From: a virus
Lineage: Duplodnaviria > Heunggongvirae > Uroviricota > Caudoviricetes
Virus record (IMG/VR): IMGVR_UViG_2585427757_000001
Location: 1-19,611 of that record
Strand: one strand, 5' to 3'
Length of the DNA: 19,611 nt
Shown: piece by piece, positions 1 through 8,106 of the stretch
How positions within the stretch are numbered: the first letter of the stretch is position 1
How the letters are laid out: every line of letters starts with the position of its first letter
Translations under genes and position numbers: made by a program
Notes under the pieces: model-generated
The model's database searches: none
What the model was told of the DNA's origin: nothing
Seen by the model: the letters and a program-made list of their open reading frames with translations, nothing else

Positions 1-1
1 G

Positions 2-319
2 CGTGGATGTGCAGGCACAACAACAGACAGTTCGGGTTACTGCGATAAGCATCGCGGTGAAGGCTGGGTGCAGCACCAGCGCGGACTGAGCCGCCACCAG
101 CGTGGCTATGGCTCAAAATGGACGGTGATTCGCGCCCGTATTCTGAAGCGCGATAAAGGTCTGTGTCAGTTGTGTCTGCGTGCCGGTGTGGTGAGCGAGG
201 CGAAAACCGTCGACCACATCATCCCGAAAGCGCATGGCGGAACAGACGCAGACAGCAACCTGCAGAGTCTGTGCTGGCCCTGCCATAAAGCGAAAACAGC
301 GCGCGAACGAATCAGGTGA
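2..319 (+). CDS. HNH (His-Me finger) endonuclease, 5' end cut by the window edge
   Basis: Frame is open from base 2 to the stop at 317-319; the first in-frame start in the ORF track is GTG at 68. Translation contains CQLC...DHIIPKAHGG...N...CWPCH, an HNH motif with paired Cys. It sits directly upstream of the terminase genes, as in HK97-like phages. Confidence 0.8.
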   Translation, partial: RGCAGTTTDSSGYCDKHRGEGWVQHQRGLSRHQRGYGSKWTVIRARILKRDKGLCQLCLRAGVVSEAKTVDHIIPKAHGGTDADSNLQSLCWPCHKAKTARERIR

Positions 320-434
320 TAATTATTCTCACTTGTAGGGAGGGGCGGGGCAAATCCCTACAGCCCTGGCTGTCCGGGACCGCCCCCCTCGTCAAATTTT
401 TACACCCGCGAAATTAAAAATTTCAGGATTTGAC
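320..434. other. Candidate cos / packaging-recognition region between HNH and small terminase
   Basis: 115-bp non-coding gap. It has an 8-bp inverted repeat (tgtaggga 334-341 / tccctaca 355-362) around a G-rich loop (ggggcggggc), a C-rich block (ccgcccccctc 380-390), then an A/T-rich tract (aaatttttac...aaattaaaaattt 395-423). Position between HNH and TerS is where HK97-like phages carry cos. Confidence 0.35.
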
Positions 435-905
435 ATGTCAGAAAAATCTGTTGCGCCCGGAAGAGGGAGAAAGCCGAAGCCGACTACCCGTAAGGAACTG
501 GCAGGCAATCCCGGCAAGCGGGCATTAAATAAGTTTGAACCAAAATTCACGCCGATCACCCATGCTGAGCCTCCCGAGTGGTTTGATGAAACCGCTCGTC
601 ATATGTGGGACACCATTATTCGTGAGCTCTGTGCCCAGCGAGTTCTTTATGTTACTGATTTGCACAACGTCGTTGCATTCTGCACTGCTTTTCGCAACTG
701 GCATGAGTCGCAGCAGGAGGTTATGCGCGTTGGGATTACGGTAGAGAGTGAGGCGGGGCCAAAGAAAAACCCGGCACTCACGGCGGCAAATGAGGCCGCC
801 AGACAAATGGTGACATTCGGTAGTTTATTAGGACTCGATCCTGCCAGTCGGCAGCGGCTTATCACGCCGAAGCAGGGGAGCGATAATCCATTTAAAAACC
901 TATGA
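435..905 (+). CDS. Terminase small subunit (P27-like family)
   Basis: 156-aa ORF with a basic N-terminus ([21 protein letters not shown]), directly upstream of and overlapping the large terminase (ATG 902 inside TGA 903-905). Confidence 0.8.
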   Translation: MSEKSVAPGRGRKPKPTTRKELAGNPGKRALNKFEPKFTPITHAEPPEWFDETARHMWDTIIRELCAQRVLYVTDLHNVVAFCTAFRNWHESQQEVMRVGITVESEAGPKKNPALTAANEAARQMVTFGSLLGLDPASRQRLITPKQGSDNPFKNL

Positions 906-2632
906 CACGAAAAAATTACGTGAACGTTAATGCCGCAAATCAGTATGCACGTGACGTGGTTCGCGGAAAAATTCAGGTTTGCCGTTATGTCGTTCTGGCC
1001 TGCCAGCGTCACCTTGATGACCTGGAAAATTCAGTTAAAAAAAACTATCCGTTTAAATTTGATAAAGATAAAGCTGAGCGGGTGGCGAAATTTATCCAGC
1101 TTTTGCCACACACCAAAGGAGAGTGGGCATTTAAGCGGATGCCCATTACGCTTGAACCCTGGCAGTTGTTCTGTATCTGTGTTGTGTTTGGGTGGGTGAG
1201 AAAAAAGAGCGGTCTGCGTCGATTTCGCGAGGCTTACAACGAAATACCCCGTAAAAACGGGAAATCAGCAATGTCTGCTGGCGTTGGTCTGTATATGTTT
1301 GCCTGCGATGATGAATTTGGCGCTGAAGTGTATTCCGGGGCCACAACAGAGAAACAGGCGTGGGAAGTTTTTCGTCCAGCCAGACTGATGGCGCAACGCA
1401 CGGAGCCATTGCGTGAAGCATTTGGTATTGAAGTACATGCTCAAAGCATGAGCCGTCCGGAGGACGGTGCCCGTTTTGAACCGTTGATTGGAGATCCCGG
1501 AGACGGCGCGTCGCCGAGTTGCGCTCTCATTGATGAATATCACGAGCATCAGACCGATGCACTTTACCAGACGATGCAAACCGGGATGGGGGCACGTCGT
1601 CAGCCGCTGATTTTTGGTATCACCACTGCGGGCTATAACATTGAAGGGCCATGCTACGACAAACGGCGTGAAGTGATCGAAATGCTTGAAGGGATTGTGC
1701 CCAATGATGAACTGTTCGGGATTATTTATACCATTGACGACGGGGATGACTGGACAGATCCGGCGGTATTGCGTAAAGCGAACCCCAATATGGGGATTTC
1801 TGTCTACAGTGATTACCTGTTATCTCAACAGCGCGCGGCAATTAACAACCCACGAAAAGTGGGCGTGTTCAAAACGAAACATCTGAATATCTGGGTGGCA
1901 GCAAAAGACGCCTTCTTCAATCTTGTAAACTGGCAGAAATGTGAGGACAGGAGTCTGACGCTGGAGCGTTTTGAGGGGCATACCTGCATTCTGGCGTTTG
2001 ACCTTGCGCGAAAGCTGGATTTGAACGCAATGGTACGGCTTTTTACCCGAGAGATTGACGGTAAAACGCATTATTATTGTGTCGCACCCAAGTTTTTTGT
2101 TCCCTACGACACAATCTATAGCGCTGATGTGACAGACAGTCGCACAGCAGAACGTTATCAGAAGTGGGTTGAAGGGGGATTTATTACCGTTACCGATGGT
2201 GCGGAAATTGATTACCGGGAGATCCTTGAGTCTGCGAAAGAAGCAAATCGCTTAAACGCAGTGGAGGAGTCACCTATAGATCCCCACGGAGCCACAAACC
2301 TTTCTCACCACCTTGCTGATGAAAACTTAAACCCTATTACCATCATTCAGAACTACACCAATATGTCGGATCCCATGAAGGAACTTGAGGCGGCTATCGA
2401 GGCCGGGCGTTTTCATCATGATGGTAATCCTGTGATGACATGGTGTGTCAGCAACGTGATTGGAAAGCACATTCCCGGCGACGATGATGTTGTTCGTCCG
2501 ATCAAACAAGGTAACGAAAACAAAATCGATGGTGCTGTGGCGCTGATTATGGCGATTGGTCGTTGCATGCTATTTGAGAAAGAAGACACGCTGTCTGATC
2601 ACATTGAGTCCTACGGGATCCGCTCGCTGTAA
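902..2632 (+). CDS. Terminase large subunit
   Basis: 576-aa ORF. N-terminal ATPase region with a Walker A-like GKS motif ([12 protein letters not shown]) and acidic stretches ([17 protein letters not shown]); C-terminal nuclease-like region; typical size and position. Confidence 0.92.
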   Translation: MTRKNYVNVNAANQYARDVVRGKIQVCRYVVLACQRHLDDLENSVKKNYPFKFDKDKAERVAKFIQLLPHTKGEWAFKRMPITLEPWQLFCICVVFGWVRKKSGLRRFREAYNEIPRKNGKSAMSAGVGLYMFACDDEFGAEVYSGATTEKQAWEVFRPARLMAQRTEPLREAFGIEVHAQSMSRPEDGARFEPLIGDPGDGASPSCALIDEYHEHQTDALYQTMQTGMGARRQPLIFGITTAGYNIEGPCYDKRREVIEMLEGIVPNDELFGIIYTIDDGDDWTDPAVLRKANPNMGISVYSDYLLSQQRAAINNPRKVGVFKTKHLNIWVAAKDAFFNLVNWQKCEDRSLTLERFEGHTCILAFDLARKLDLNAMVRLFTREIDGKTHYYCVAPKFFVPYDTIYSADVTDSRTAERYQKWVEGGFITVTDGAEIDYREILESAKEANRLNAVEESPIDPHGATNLSHHLADENLNPITIIQNYTNMSDPMKELEAAIEAGRFHHDGNPVMTWCVSNVIGKHIPGDDDVVRPIKQGNENKIDGAVALIMAIGRCMLFEKEDTLSDHIESYGIRSL

Positions 2633-2643
2633 CTGAGGTAATT

Positions 2644-2826
2644 ATGATCATGCTGATTCTCGCGCCTCTGGTGGGCGTGCTGGGTGCGATTTTGCTGGCG
2701 TATGGTGCCTGGCTGATTTATCCCCCGGCGGGGTTTGTTGTTGCCGGGGCGTTGTGCCTGTTCTGGTCGTGGCTGGTGGCGCGATATCTCGACCGTACAC
2801 AGTCGTCTGTCGGCGGAGGTAAATAG
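2644..2826 (+). CDS. Small hydrophobic protein, two predicted transmembrane helices, unknown function
   Basis: 60-aa ORF ([49 protein letters not shown]...). Good SD (gaggt 2633-2637) 6 nt before ATG; GC content matches flanking genes; sits between large terminase and portal. Confidence 0.5.
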   Translation: MIMLILAPLVGVLGAILLAYGAWLIYPPAGFVVAGALCLFWSWLVARYLDRTQSSVGGGK

Positions 2827-4067
2827 TGTTCTTTTCGGGATTATTTCAAAGAAAAAGTAACGCACCGGTGACCACGCCAGCAGAGCTGGCAGATGCTATC
2901 GGGCTGTCCTACGACACCTATACCGGAAAGCAGATCAGCAGCCAGCGGGCCATGCGACTGACGGCGGTTTTTTCCTGCGTCAGGGTGCTGGCAGAGTCGG
3001 TCGGGATGTTGCCCTGCAATCTGTATCACCTGAACGGCAGCCTGAAACAGAGAGCCACCGGCGAACGTCTGCATAAGCTGATCTCCACGCATCCTAATGG
3101 CTATATGACGCCGCAGGAGTTCTGGGAGCTGGTGGTCACCTGTCTGTGTCTGCGGGGAAACTTTTACGCCTACAAAGTGAAAGCATTTGGCGAAGTGGCT
3201 GAACTGCTGCCCGTCGATCCCGGTTGTGTGGTACCGAAGCTTAACAGTAGCTGGGAGCCGGTCTATCAGGTCACATTCCTGGACGGCTCCACGGATGTAC
3301 TGAGCCAGGAAGATATCTGGCATGTGCGCACGCTGACGCTGGACGGTCTGGTGGGACTGAATCCCATCGCCTATGCCCGCGAGGCAATATCGCTGGCAGC
3401 TGCGACCGAAGAGCACGGGGCCAGACTGTTCAGCAATGGTGCGGTGACGTCCGGTGTGTTGCGTACAGAGCAGACGCTGTCGGATCAGGCTTATGAGCGC
3501 CTGAAGAAAGATTTTGAGGAGCGTCACACCGGGCTTGGCAATGCTCACCGCCCGATGATCCTTGAGATGGGGCTGGACTGGAAGTCGATGGCGCTGAACG
3601 CCGAGGACAGCCAGTTCCTGGAAACCCGCAAGTTTCAGCTTGAAGAAATCTGTCGTCTGTTCCGGGTGCCATTGCACATGGTGCAGAACACCGATCGCGC
3701 CACCTTCAACAATATCGAAGAGCTGGGGCTGGGATTTATCAACTATTCACTGGTGCCGTATCTGACCCGCATTGAGCAGCGGATCAACACCGGACTGGTA
3801 CGAAAAAGTAAGCAGGGCGTTTATTACGCCAAATTTAACGCCGGGGCGTTACTGCGCGGAGATATGAAGTCCCGTTTTGAAGCCTACGCCACCGGGATCA
3901 ACTGGGGAATTTACTCTCCTAATGACTGCCGTGACCTGGAAGATATGAATCCGCGTCCCGGTGGTGATGTCTATCTCACACCTATGAACATGACCACGAA
4001 ACCCTCCGATGGCAGTAAAGCCGGTAAGCAGAAGGATAACGCCAATGCAGACGAAACAACGTCTTGA
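2826..4067 (+). CDS. Portal protein (HK97-like family)
   Basis: 413-aa ORF. GTG start at 2826 preceded by SD ggaggt (2814-2819). Translation, size and position after terminase match HK97-family portals. Confidence 0.9.
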   Translation: MFFSGLFQRKSNAPVTTPAELADAIGLSYDTYTGKQISSQRAMRLTAVFSCVRVLAESVGMLPCNLYHLNGSLKQRATGERLHKLISTHPNGYMTPQEFWELVVTCLCLRGNFYAYKVKAFGEVAELLPVDPGCVVPKLNSSWEPVYQVTFLDGSTDVLSQEDIWHVRTLTLDGLVGLNPIAYAREAISLAAATEEHGARLFSNGAVTSGVLRTEQTLSDQAYERLKKDFEERHTGLGNAHRPMILEMGLDWKSMALNAEDSQFLETRKFQLEEICRLFRVPLHMVQNTDRATFNNIEELGLGFINYSLVPYLTRIEQRINTGLVRKSKQGVYYAKFNAGALLRGDMKSRFEAYATGINWGIYSPNDCRDLEDMNPRPGGDVYLTPMNMTTKPSDGSKAGKQKDNANADETTS

Positions 4068-4695
4068 TGTACCGCTGAGTCTGAAATCTGTCAGTGACTC
4101 CGGTGAGTTTGAAGGGTATGGCTCCGTCTTTGGTGTAAAGGACAGCCACGATGATGTGGTGATGTCCGGGGCATTTGCTGCTTCCCTGCGGGCGTGGAGT
4201 GACAGAAAAGCGTTACCTGCGCTGCTCTGGCAGCACCGCATGGATGAACCCATCGGTGTTTACACCGAAATGAAGGAAGACGATGTCGGACTTTACGTCA
4301 GGGGACGGTTGCTTATTGATGATGATCCCCTCGCAAAACGCGCACATGCACACATGAAGGCCGGTTCGTTAACCGGCCTTTCTATTGGGTACGTCCTGAA
4401 AGACTGGGAATATGACCGGAGCAAAGAAGCCTTTCTGCTGAAAGAAATCGACCTCTGGGAAGTCAGTCTGGTGACGTTCCCGTCTAACGACGAGGCGCGG
4501 ATCAGCGACGTCAAGAACGCACTGGCCCGCGGGGAAATCCCCGAACAGAAAAAAATCGAAAGAGTCCTGCGTGATGTCGGACTCTCCCGTACCCAGGCCA
4601 AAGCATTCATGGCCGGGGGCTATGGCGCACTATCCCTGCGCGACGCTGAGGATGTGGGCTCTGCACTGAATGCACTGAAAAATCTGAACTTCTAA
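4045..4695 (+). CDS. Prohead maturation protease (HK97 family)
   Basis: Translation is an HK97 prohead protease-like sequence (GYGSVFGVKDSHDDVV...GLSIGY...EVSLVTFPSND). The ORF is open from ATG 4009, but ATG 4045 has a better SD (aaggat 4031-4036); the start choice is uncertain. Overlaps the portal 3' end. Confidence 0.85.
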   Translation: MQTKQRLDVPLSLKSVSDSGEFEGYGSVFGVKDSHDDVVMSGAFAASLRAWSDRKALPALLWQHRMDEPIGVYTEMKEDDVGLYVRGRLLIDDDPLAKRAHAHMKAGSLTGLSIGYVLKDWEYDRSKEAFLLKEIDLWEVSLVTFPSNDEARISDVKNALARGEIPEQKKIERVLRDVGLSRTQAKAFMAGGYGALSLRDAEDVGSALNALKNLNF

Positions 4696-4709
4696 TCAGG
4701 AGAAATACG

Positions 4710-5915
4710 ATGGCGGTTGATATTAAAGATGTCGAACAGGTCGCGCAGGAGCTGCAGCAGAAGTTTGACGACTTCAAAGCAAAGAACGACAAGCGCGTGG
4801 ATGCGATTGAGCAGGAAAAAGGCAAACTTGCCGGGCAGGTGGAAACCCTGAGCGGGAAACTCAGCGAGCTGGAAAACCTCAAAAGCGACCTTGAAAAAGA
4901 GCTGCTTGAGCTGAAACGTCCGGCAGGTGGTGCGCAAAATAAACTGGCCACCGAGCACAAAGAGGCGTTTGTGGGCTTTCTGCGTAAAGGCCGTGAAGAC
5001 GGTCTGCGCGATCTGGAGCGCAAGGCATTGCAGGTGGGCACCGATGAAGACGGCGGCTATGCCGTGCCGGAAGCACTGGATCGCAACATTCTCACCCTGC
5101 TGAAAGATGAAGTGGTGATGCGCCAGGAAGCCACGGTGATCACCGTTGGTGGTTCCGACTACAAAAAACTGGTGAATCTGGGCGGTACGGCTTCCGGATG
5201 GGTTGGCGAGACTGACGCGCGCTCCCAGACTGCCACCTCAAAACTGGGCCTGATTGAACCTTTCATGGGGGAAATCTACGGTAACCCGCAGGCCACCCAG
5301 AAAATGCTGGATGATGCCTTTTTCAACGTGGAAGCCTGGATCAACAGCGAGCTGGCAACCGAATTTGCCGAACAGGAAGAAATTGCCTTTACCACCGGCG
5401 ATGGTACCAAGAAGCCGAAAGGGTTCCTGGCGTATGAATCCACGGATGAAACCGATAAGGTCCGGGCGTTCGGCAAACTTCAGCATATTGTATCCGGCGA
5501 CGCGACTGCGGTGACCGCAGACGCCATTATCAAACTGATTTACACGCTGCGTAAGGCACACCGCACCGGCGCGAAGTTCATGATGAACAACAACAGCCTG
5601 TTTGCCATCCGTCTGCTGAAAGACACCGAGGGTAACTATCTGTGGCGTCCGGGGCTGGAACTGGGGCAGCCGTCCTCTCTGGCGGGTTACGGTATCGCTG
5701 AAAACGAACAGATGCCGGATATCGCCGCTGATGCGAAAGCCATTGCATTTGGTAACTTCAAACGGGGTTACACCATCGTTGACCGTATCGGCACCCGCAT
5801 TCTGCGTGACCCGTACACCAATAAACCGTTTGTCGGTTTTTATACCACCAAGCGCACCGGCGGGATGCTGGTCGATTCGCAGGCCATCAAACTGCTGAAG
5901 ATTGCAGCGGCGTAA
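4710..5915 (+). CDS. Major capsid protein, HK97 fold, with N-terminal coiled-coil delta (scaffolding) domain
   Basis: 401-aa ORF with SD aggag (4693-4697). The first ~100 aa are a charged heptad-like coiled-coil stretch (VEQVAQELQQKFDDFKAKNDKRVDAIEQEKGKLAGQVETLSGKLSELENLKSDLEKELLELKR), followed by a capsid-fold body. No separate scaffold gene is present, and a protease gene lies immediately upstream. Confidence 0.92.
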   Translation: MAVDIKDVEQVAQELQQKFDDFKAKNDKRVDAIEQEKGKLAGQVETLSGKLSELENLKSDLEKELLELKRPAGGAQNKLATEHKEAFVGFLRKGREDGLRDLERKALQVGTDEDGGYAVPEALDRNILTLLKDEVVMRQEATVITVGGSDYKKLVNLGGTASGWVGETDARSQTATSKLGLIEPFMGEIYGNPQATQKMLDDAFFNVEAWINSELATEFAEQEEIAFTTGDGTKKPKGFLAYESTDETDKVRAFGKLQHIVSGDATAVTADAIIKLIYTLRKAHRTGAKFMMNNNSLFAIRLLKDTEGNYLWRPGLELGQPSSLAGYGIAENEQMPDIAADAKAIAFGNFKRGYTIVDRIGTRILRDPYTNKPFVGFYTTKRTGGMLVDSQAIKLLKIAAA

Positions 5916-5922
5916 TCACTCA

Positions 5923-5950
5923 GGGGCGCGGAACTGCGCCCCCTGTTCTG
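5923..5950 (+). terminator. Stem-loop immediately downstream of the capsid gene (possible attenuator or partial terminator)
   Basis: ggggcgc (5923-5929) pairs with gcgcccc (5936-5942) around a 6-nt loop, followed by cctgttctg. The T-tract is weak, so this may modulate rather than stop transcription. Confidence 0.4.
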
Positions 5951-5964
5951 ACGGGTGAAGAATC

Positions 5965-6165
5965 ATGATCCTGAAACAAGATCTGAAATGGTCACCGGAC
6001 GGTATGCGTGTTGAGGTCATTCGGGCCGGTGAGTATGACGACGGGGCGCTTCCTGCCCAGGTGCAGGAGATTGCACTTCAGGCCGGGTTAGCAGAGCGCG
6101 GAATCAGTGCAAAAAGCAGTAAAGCGGCAAAAGAGAAAAAAGCCACGACCAGTAAAGAGGGCTGA
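5965..6165 (+). CDS. Small hypothetical protein between capsid and head-tail connector genes
   Basis: 66-aa ORF co-oriented with the operon, with a Lys/Ser-rich C-terminal tail (SAKSSKAAKEKKATTSKEG). Its stop sits 2 nt before the next gene's start. Confidence 0.45.
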   Translation: MILKQDLKWSPDGMRVEVIRAGEYDDGALPAQVQEIALQAGLAERGISAKSSKAAKEKKATTSKEG

Positions 6166-6167
6166 GT

Positions 6168-6491
6168 ATGCTTCTGACAATGGAAGAGATTAAAGCCCAA
6201 CTCCGGCTGGATGAGGATTTCGATACTGATGACCGCCATCTGCAACTGCTGGCATGTGCGGCGCAAAAGCGGACGGAAACGTATCTGAACCGGAAGCTCT
6301 ATGCACCGGATGAAACCATTCCGGACAGCGATCCGGACGGGCTGCACCTGCCGGATGATATTCGTCTGGGGATGCTGATGCTTATCAGCCATTTTTACGA
6401 AAACCGCTCGTCGGTTACGGAAGTGGAGAAACTCGACATGCCGCAGAGTTTTGACTGGCTTGTCGGCCCGTACAGGTATTTCCCGCAATGA
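6168..6491 (+). CDS. Head-tail connector protein (gp6-like)
   Basis: 107-aa ORF (MLLTMEEIKAQLRLDEDFDTDD...). Size, acidic N-terminus and position after the capsid fit gp6-type connector proteins. Confidence 0.75.
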   Translation: MLLTMEEIKAQLRLDEDFDTDDRHLQLLACAAQKRTETYLNRKLYAPDETIPDSDPDGLHLPDDIRLGMLMLISHFYENRSSVTEVEKLDMPQSFDWLVGPYRYFPQ

Positions 6492-6898
6492 AAATTCGTC
6501 AGGCGCAGACCAGCGCAACCTACATTCTGCCGGACCCCGGTGAACTGAATAAACGCGTCCTGATCCGCCAGCGGGTGGATATGCCCGCGGATAACTTTGG
6601 CGTGGAGCCTCAATACCCGGTTACGTTCCGGGCATGGGCGAAGGTTATCCAGACCAGTGCCACCACCTGGCAGGAAACCGCGCAGACCGGGGACGCCATC
6701 ACCCATTACATCACCATTCGTTACCGCCGGGGGATCACCGCTGATTATGAGGTGGTCTGTGATGACAATGTGTACCGGGTGAAACGTCAGCGCGATCTGA
6801 ACGGAGCGCGGCGCTTTCTGCTGCTGGAGTGTACGGAGCTGGGTGCCGAAGAAGAAATGGGAGGTCGCCGTGGATCAGACAGCATTTTTACACGTTGA
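6488..6898 (+). CDS. Head closure / head-tail adaptor protein
   Basis: 136-aa ORF, start overlapping the previous stop (ATGA at 6488-6491); position and size fit the head-tail joining family. Confidence 0.7.
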   Translation: MKIRQAQTSATYILPDPGELNKRVLIRQRVDMPADNFGVEPQYPVTFRAWAKVIQTSATTWQETAQTGDAITHYITIRYRRGITADYEVVCDDNVYRVKRQRDLNGARRFLLLECTELGAEEEMGGRRGSDSIFTR

Positions 6899-7379
6899 TT
6901 TCAAACAACCGGAGGAGATGGAGTTTAACCGTGCCAGGCTCCGAAGGGCATTCGTTCAAATCGGGCGTGTCTATATGCGTGATGCCCGGCGGCTGGTGAT
7001 GCGACGTGGTCGGTCGGCACCGGGTGAAAACCCCGGCTATCAGACCGGACGACTTGCTCGTTCGATTGGTTACATGGTCCCCCGTAAAAGCTCCCGTCGT
7101 TCTGGCCTGATGGTCAGGATTTCCCCTAACCAGAAAAACGGGCAGGGAAACCGCCGTATCACCGGTGATTTTTATCCGGCTTTTTTGTTCTATGGCGTGA
7201 GGCGAGGGGCAAAGCGTCGTCGCAGCCATCATCGTGGTGCATCCGGTGGCAGCGGCTGGCGACTGGCTCCACGTAATAACTTCATGGTGGAAACGCTTGA
7301 AAAGAACCGCAGTTGGACACGCTATTTTCTGGCGCGGGAATTGCGTAAATCACTGAAGCCGGAGCGACGACACAGATGA
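6870..7379 (+). CDS. HK97 gp10-like head-tail joining protein (highly basic)
   Basis: Arg-rich protein containing QTGRLARSIGY, which resembles the gp10-family motif. The ORF is open from GTG 6843; GTG 6870 has the best SD (gggaggt 6858-6864) and ATG 6918 is another candidate, so the start is uncertain. Confidence 0.65.
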   Translation: MDQTAFLHVDFKQPEEMEFNRARLRRAFVQIGRVYMRDARRLVMRRGRSAPGENPGYQTGRLARSIGYMVPRKSSRRSGLMVRISPNQKNGQGNRRITGDFYPAFLFYGVRRGAKRRRSHHRGASGGSGWRLAPRNNFMVETLEKNRSWTRYFLARELRKSLKPERRHR

Positions 7380-7936
7380 AACTGACGCCTGTTATTGCTG
7401 CACTGCGTGCCCGCTGTCCGTATTTTGAAAACCGGGTTGCAGGCGCGGCCCAGTTTAAAAATCTGCCGGAGGTCGGAAAGCTGAAACTCCCGGCGGCATA
7501 TGTTGTACCGGGTGATGATTCTCCGGGAGAAAACAAAAGCCAGACCGACTACTGGCAGGAGCTGAAAGAGGGTTTCTCCGTGGTTGTCATACTGAGTAAC
7601 GGGCGTGATGAGCGCGGTCAGTTTGCCTCGTATGATGCGGTGGACGATGTTCGGCAAATGCTCTTTAAGGCCCTGCTGGGCTGGAATCCGGAAGCGTGCG
7701 GTAACCCGATTACCTATGACGGCGGCACGCTGCTGGATCTGAACCGTCATGAGCTGATTTATCAGTTCGATTTTTCGGTCATCAGCGAGCTGACCGAAGA
7801 CGATACCCGCCAGCAGGATGACCTGAACAGTCTGGATGAACTGCGAACGCTGGCGATTGATGTTGATTATCTCGATCCCGGTAACGGGCCTGACGGCGAT
7901 ATCGAACATCACACCGAAATAACCTTTCCTTCCTGA
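7376..7936 (+). CDS. Putative neck / tail-completion protein
   Basis: 186-aa ORF, start overlapping the upstream stop, located just before the sheath gene. Function is assigned by position only. Confidence 0.55.
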   Translation: MKLTPVIAALRARCPYFENRVAGAAQFKNLPEVGKLKLPAAYVVPGDDSPGENKSQTDYWQELKEGFSVVVILSNGRDERGQFASYDAVDDVRQMLFKALLGWNPEACGNPITYDGGTLLDLNRHELIYQFDFSVISELTEDDTRQQDDLNSLDELRTLAIDVDYLDPGNGPDGDIEHHTEITFPS

Positions 7937-7944
7937 GAATCATC

Positions 7945-8106
7945 ATGTTTGTAAAACCCCTGAAAGGGCGGTCAGTTCCTGACCCTGCCCGTGGAGACCT
8001 TTTGCCTTCTGACGGGCGAAATGTGGAAGAAAGCAGCTACTGGCTTCGCCGTATAGCGGCGTGTGATGTGGTACGTGTTAAACAGGATAAGGCTAAAGAA
8101 TCATGA
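7945..8106 (+). CDS. Possible small ORF (53 aa) upstream of the sheath gene, absent from the supplied ORF track
   Basis: ATG 7945 to TGA 8104-8106 (MFVKPLKGRSVPDPARGDLLPSDGRNVEESSYWLRRIAACDVVRVKQDKAKES). It fills an otherwise non-coding 166-bp gap in a tightly packed operon; the SD is weak. Confidence 0.3.
   Translation: MFVKPLKGRSVPDPARGDLLPSDGRNVEESSYWLRRIAACDVVRVKQDKAKES

Noticed and set aside
426-436. TTGACA hexamer (430-435) as a -35 promoter element
   Set aside because: It overlaps the small terminase start codon itself (tttgacATG), so it cannot serve as a promoter for that gene; likely coincidental.
930-1199. 89-aa + strand ORF in an alternative frame inside the large terminase gene
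   Set aside because: Embedded in another frame of a strongly supported CDS; no start context.
2841-3677. 278-aa minus-strand ORF inside the portal gene
   Set aside because: Fully embedded antisense to a well-supported portal CDS; Arg/Gln/His/Leu-rich translation typical of a shadow frame in GC-rich coding DNA; no SD or context.
4009-4044. Upstream ATG 4009 as the protease start
   Set aside because: Not excluded, but ATG 4045 has the better-placed SD, and 4009 would add 12 residues encoded inside the portal C-terminus; kept as an alternative only.
4607-5041. 144-aa minus-strand ORF, Ser/Arg/Pro/Cys-rich, antisense to the protease/capsid junction
   Set aside because: Low-complexity shadow frame opposite the coiled-coil coding region of the capsid gene.
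6078-6518. 146-aa minus-strand ORF spanning the connector gene
   Set aside because: Antisense to two tightly coupled + strand genes; no SD; composition-driven.
7322-7912. 196-aa minus-strand ORF overlapping the neck/tail-completion gene
   Set aside because: Antisense shadow ORF within a co-directional, translationally coupled operon; low-complexity translation; the + strand frame fits the operon.
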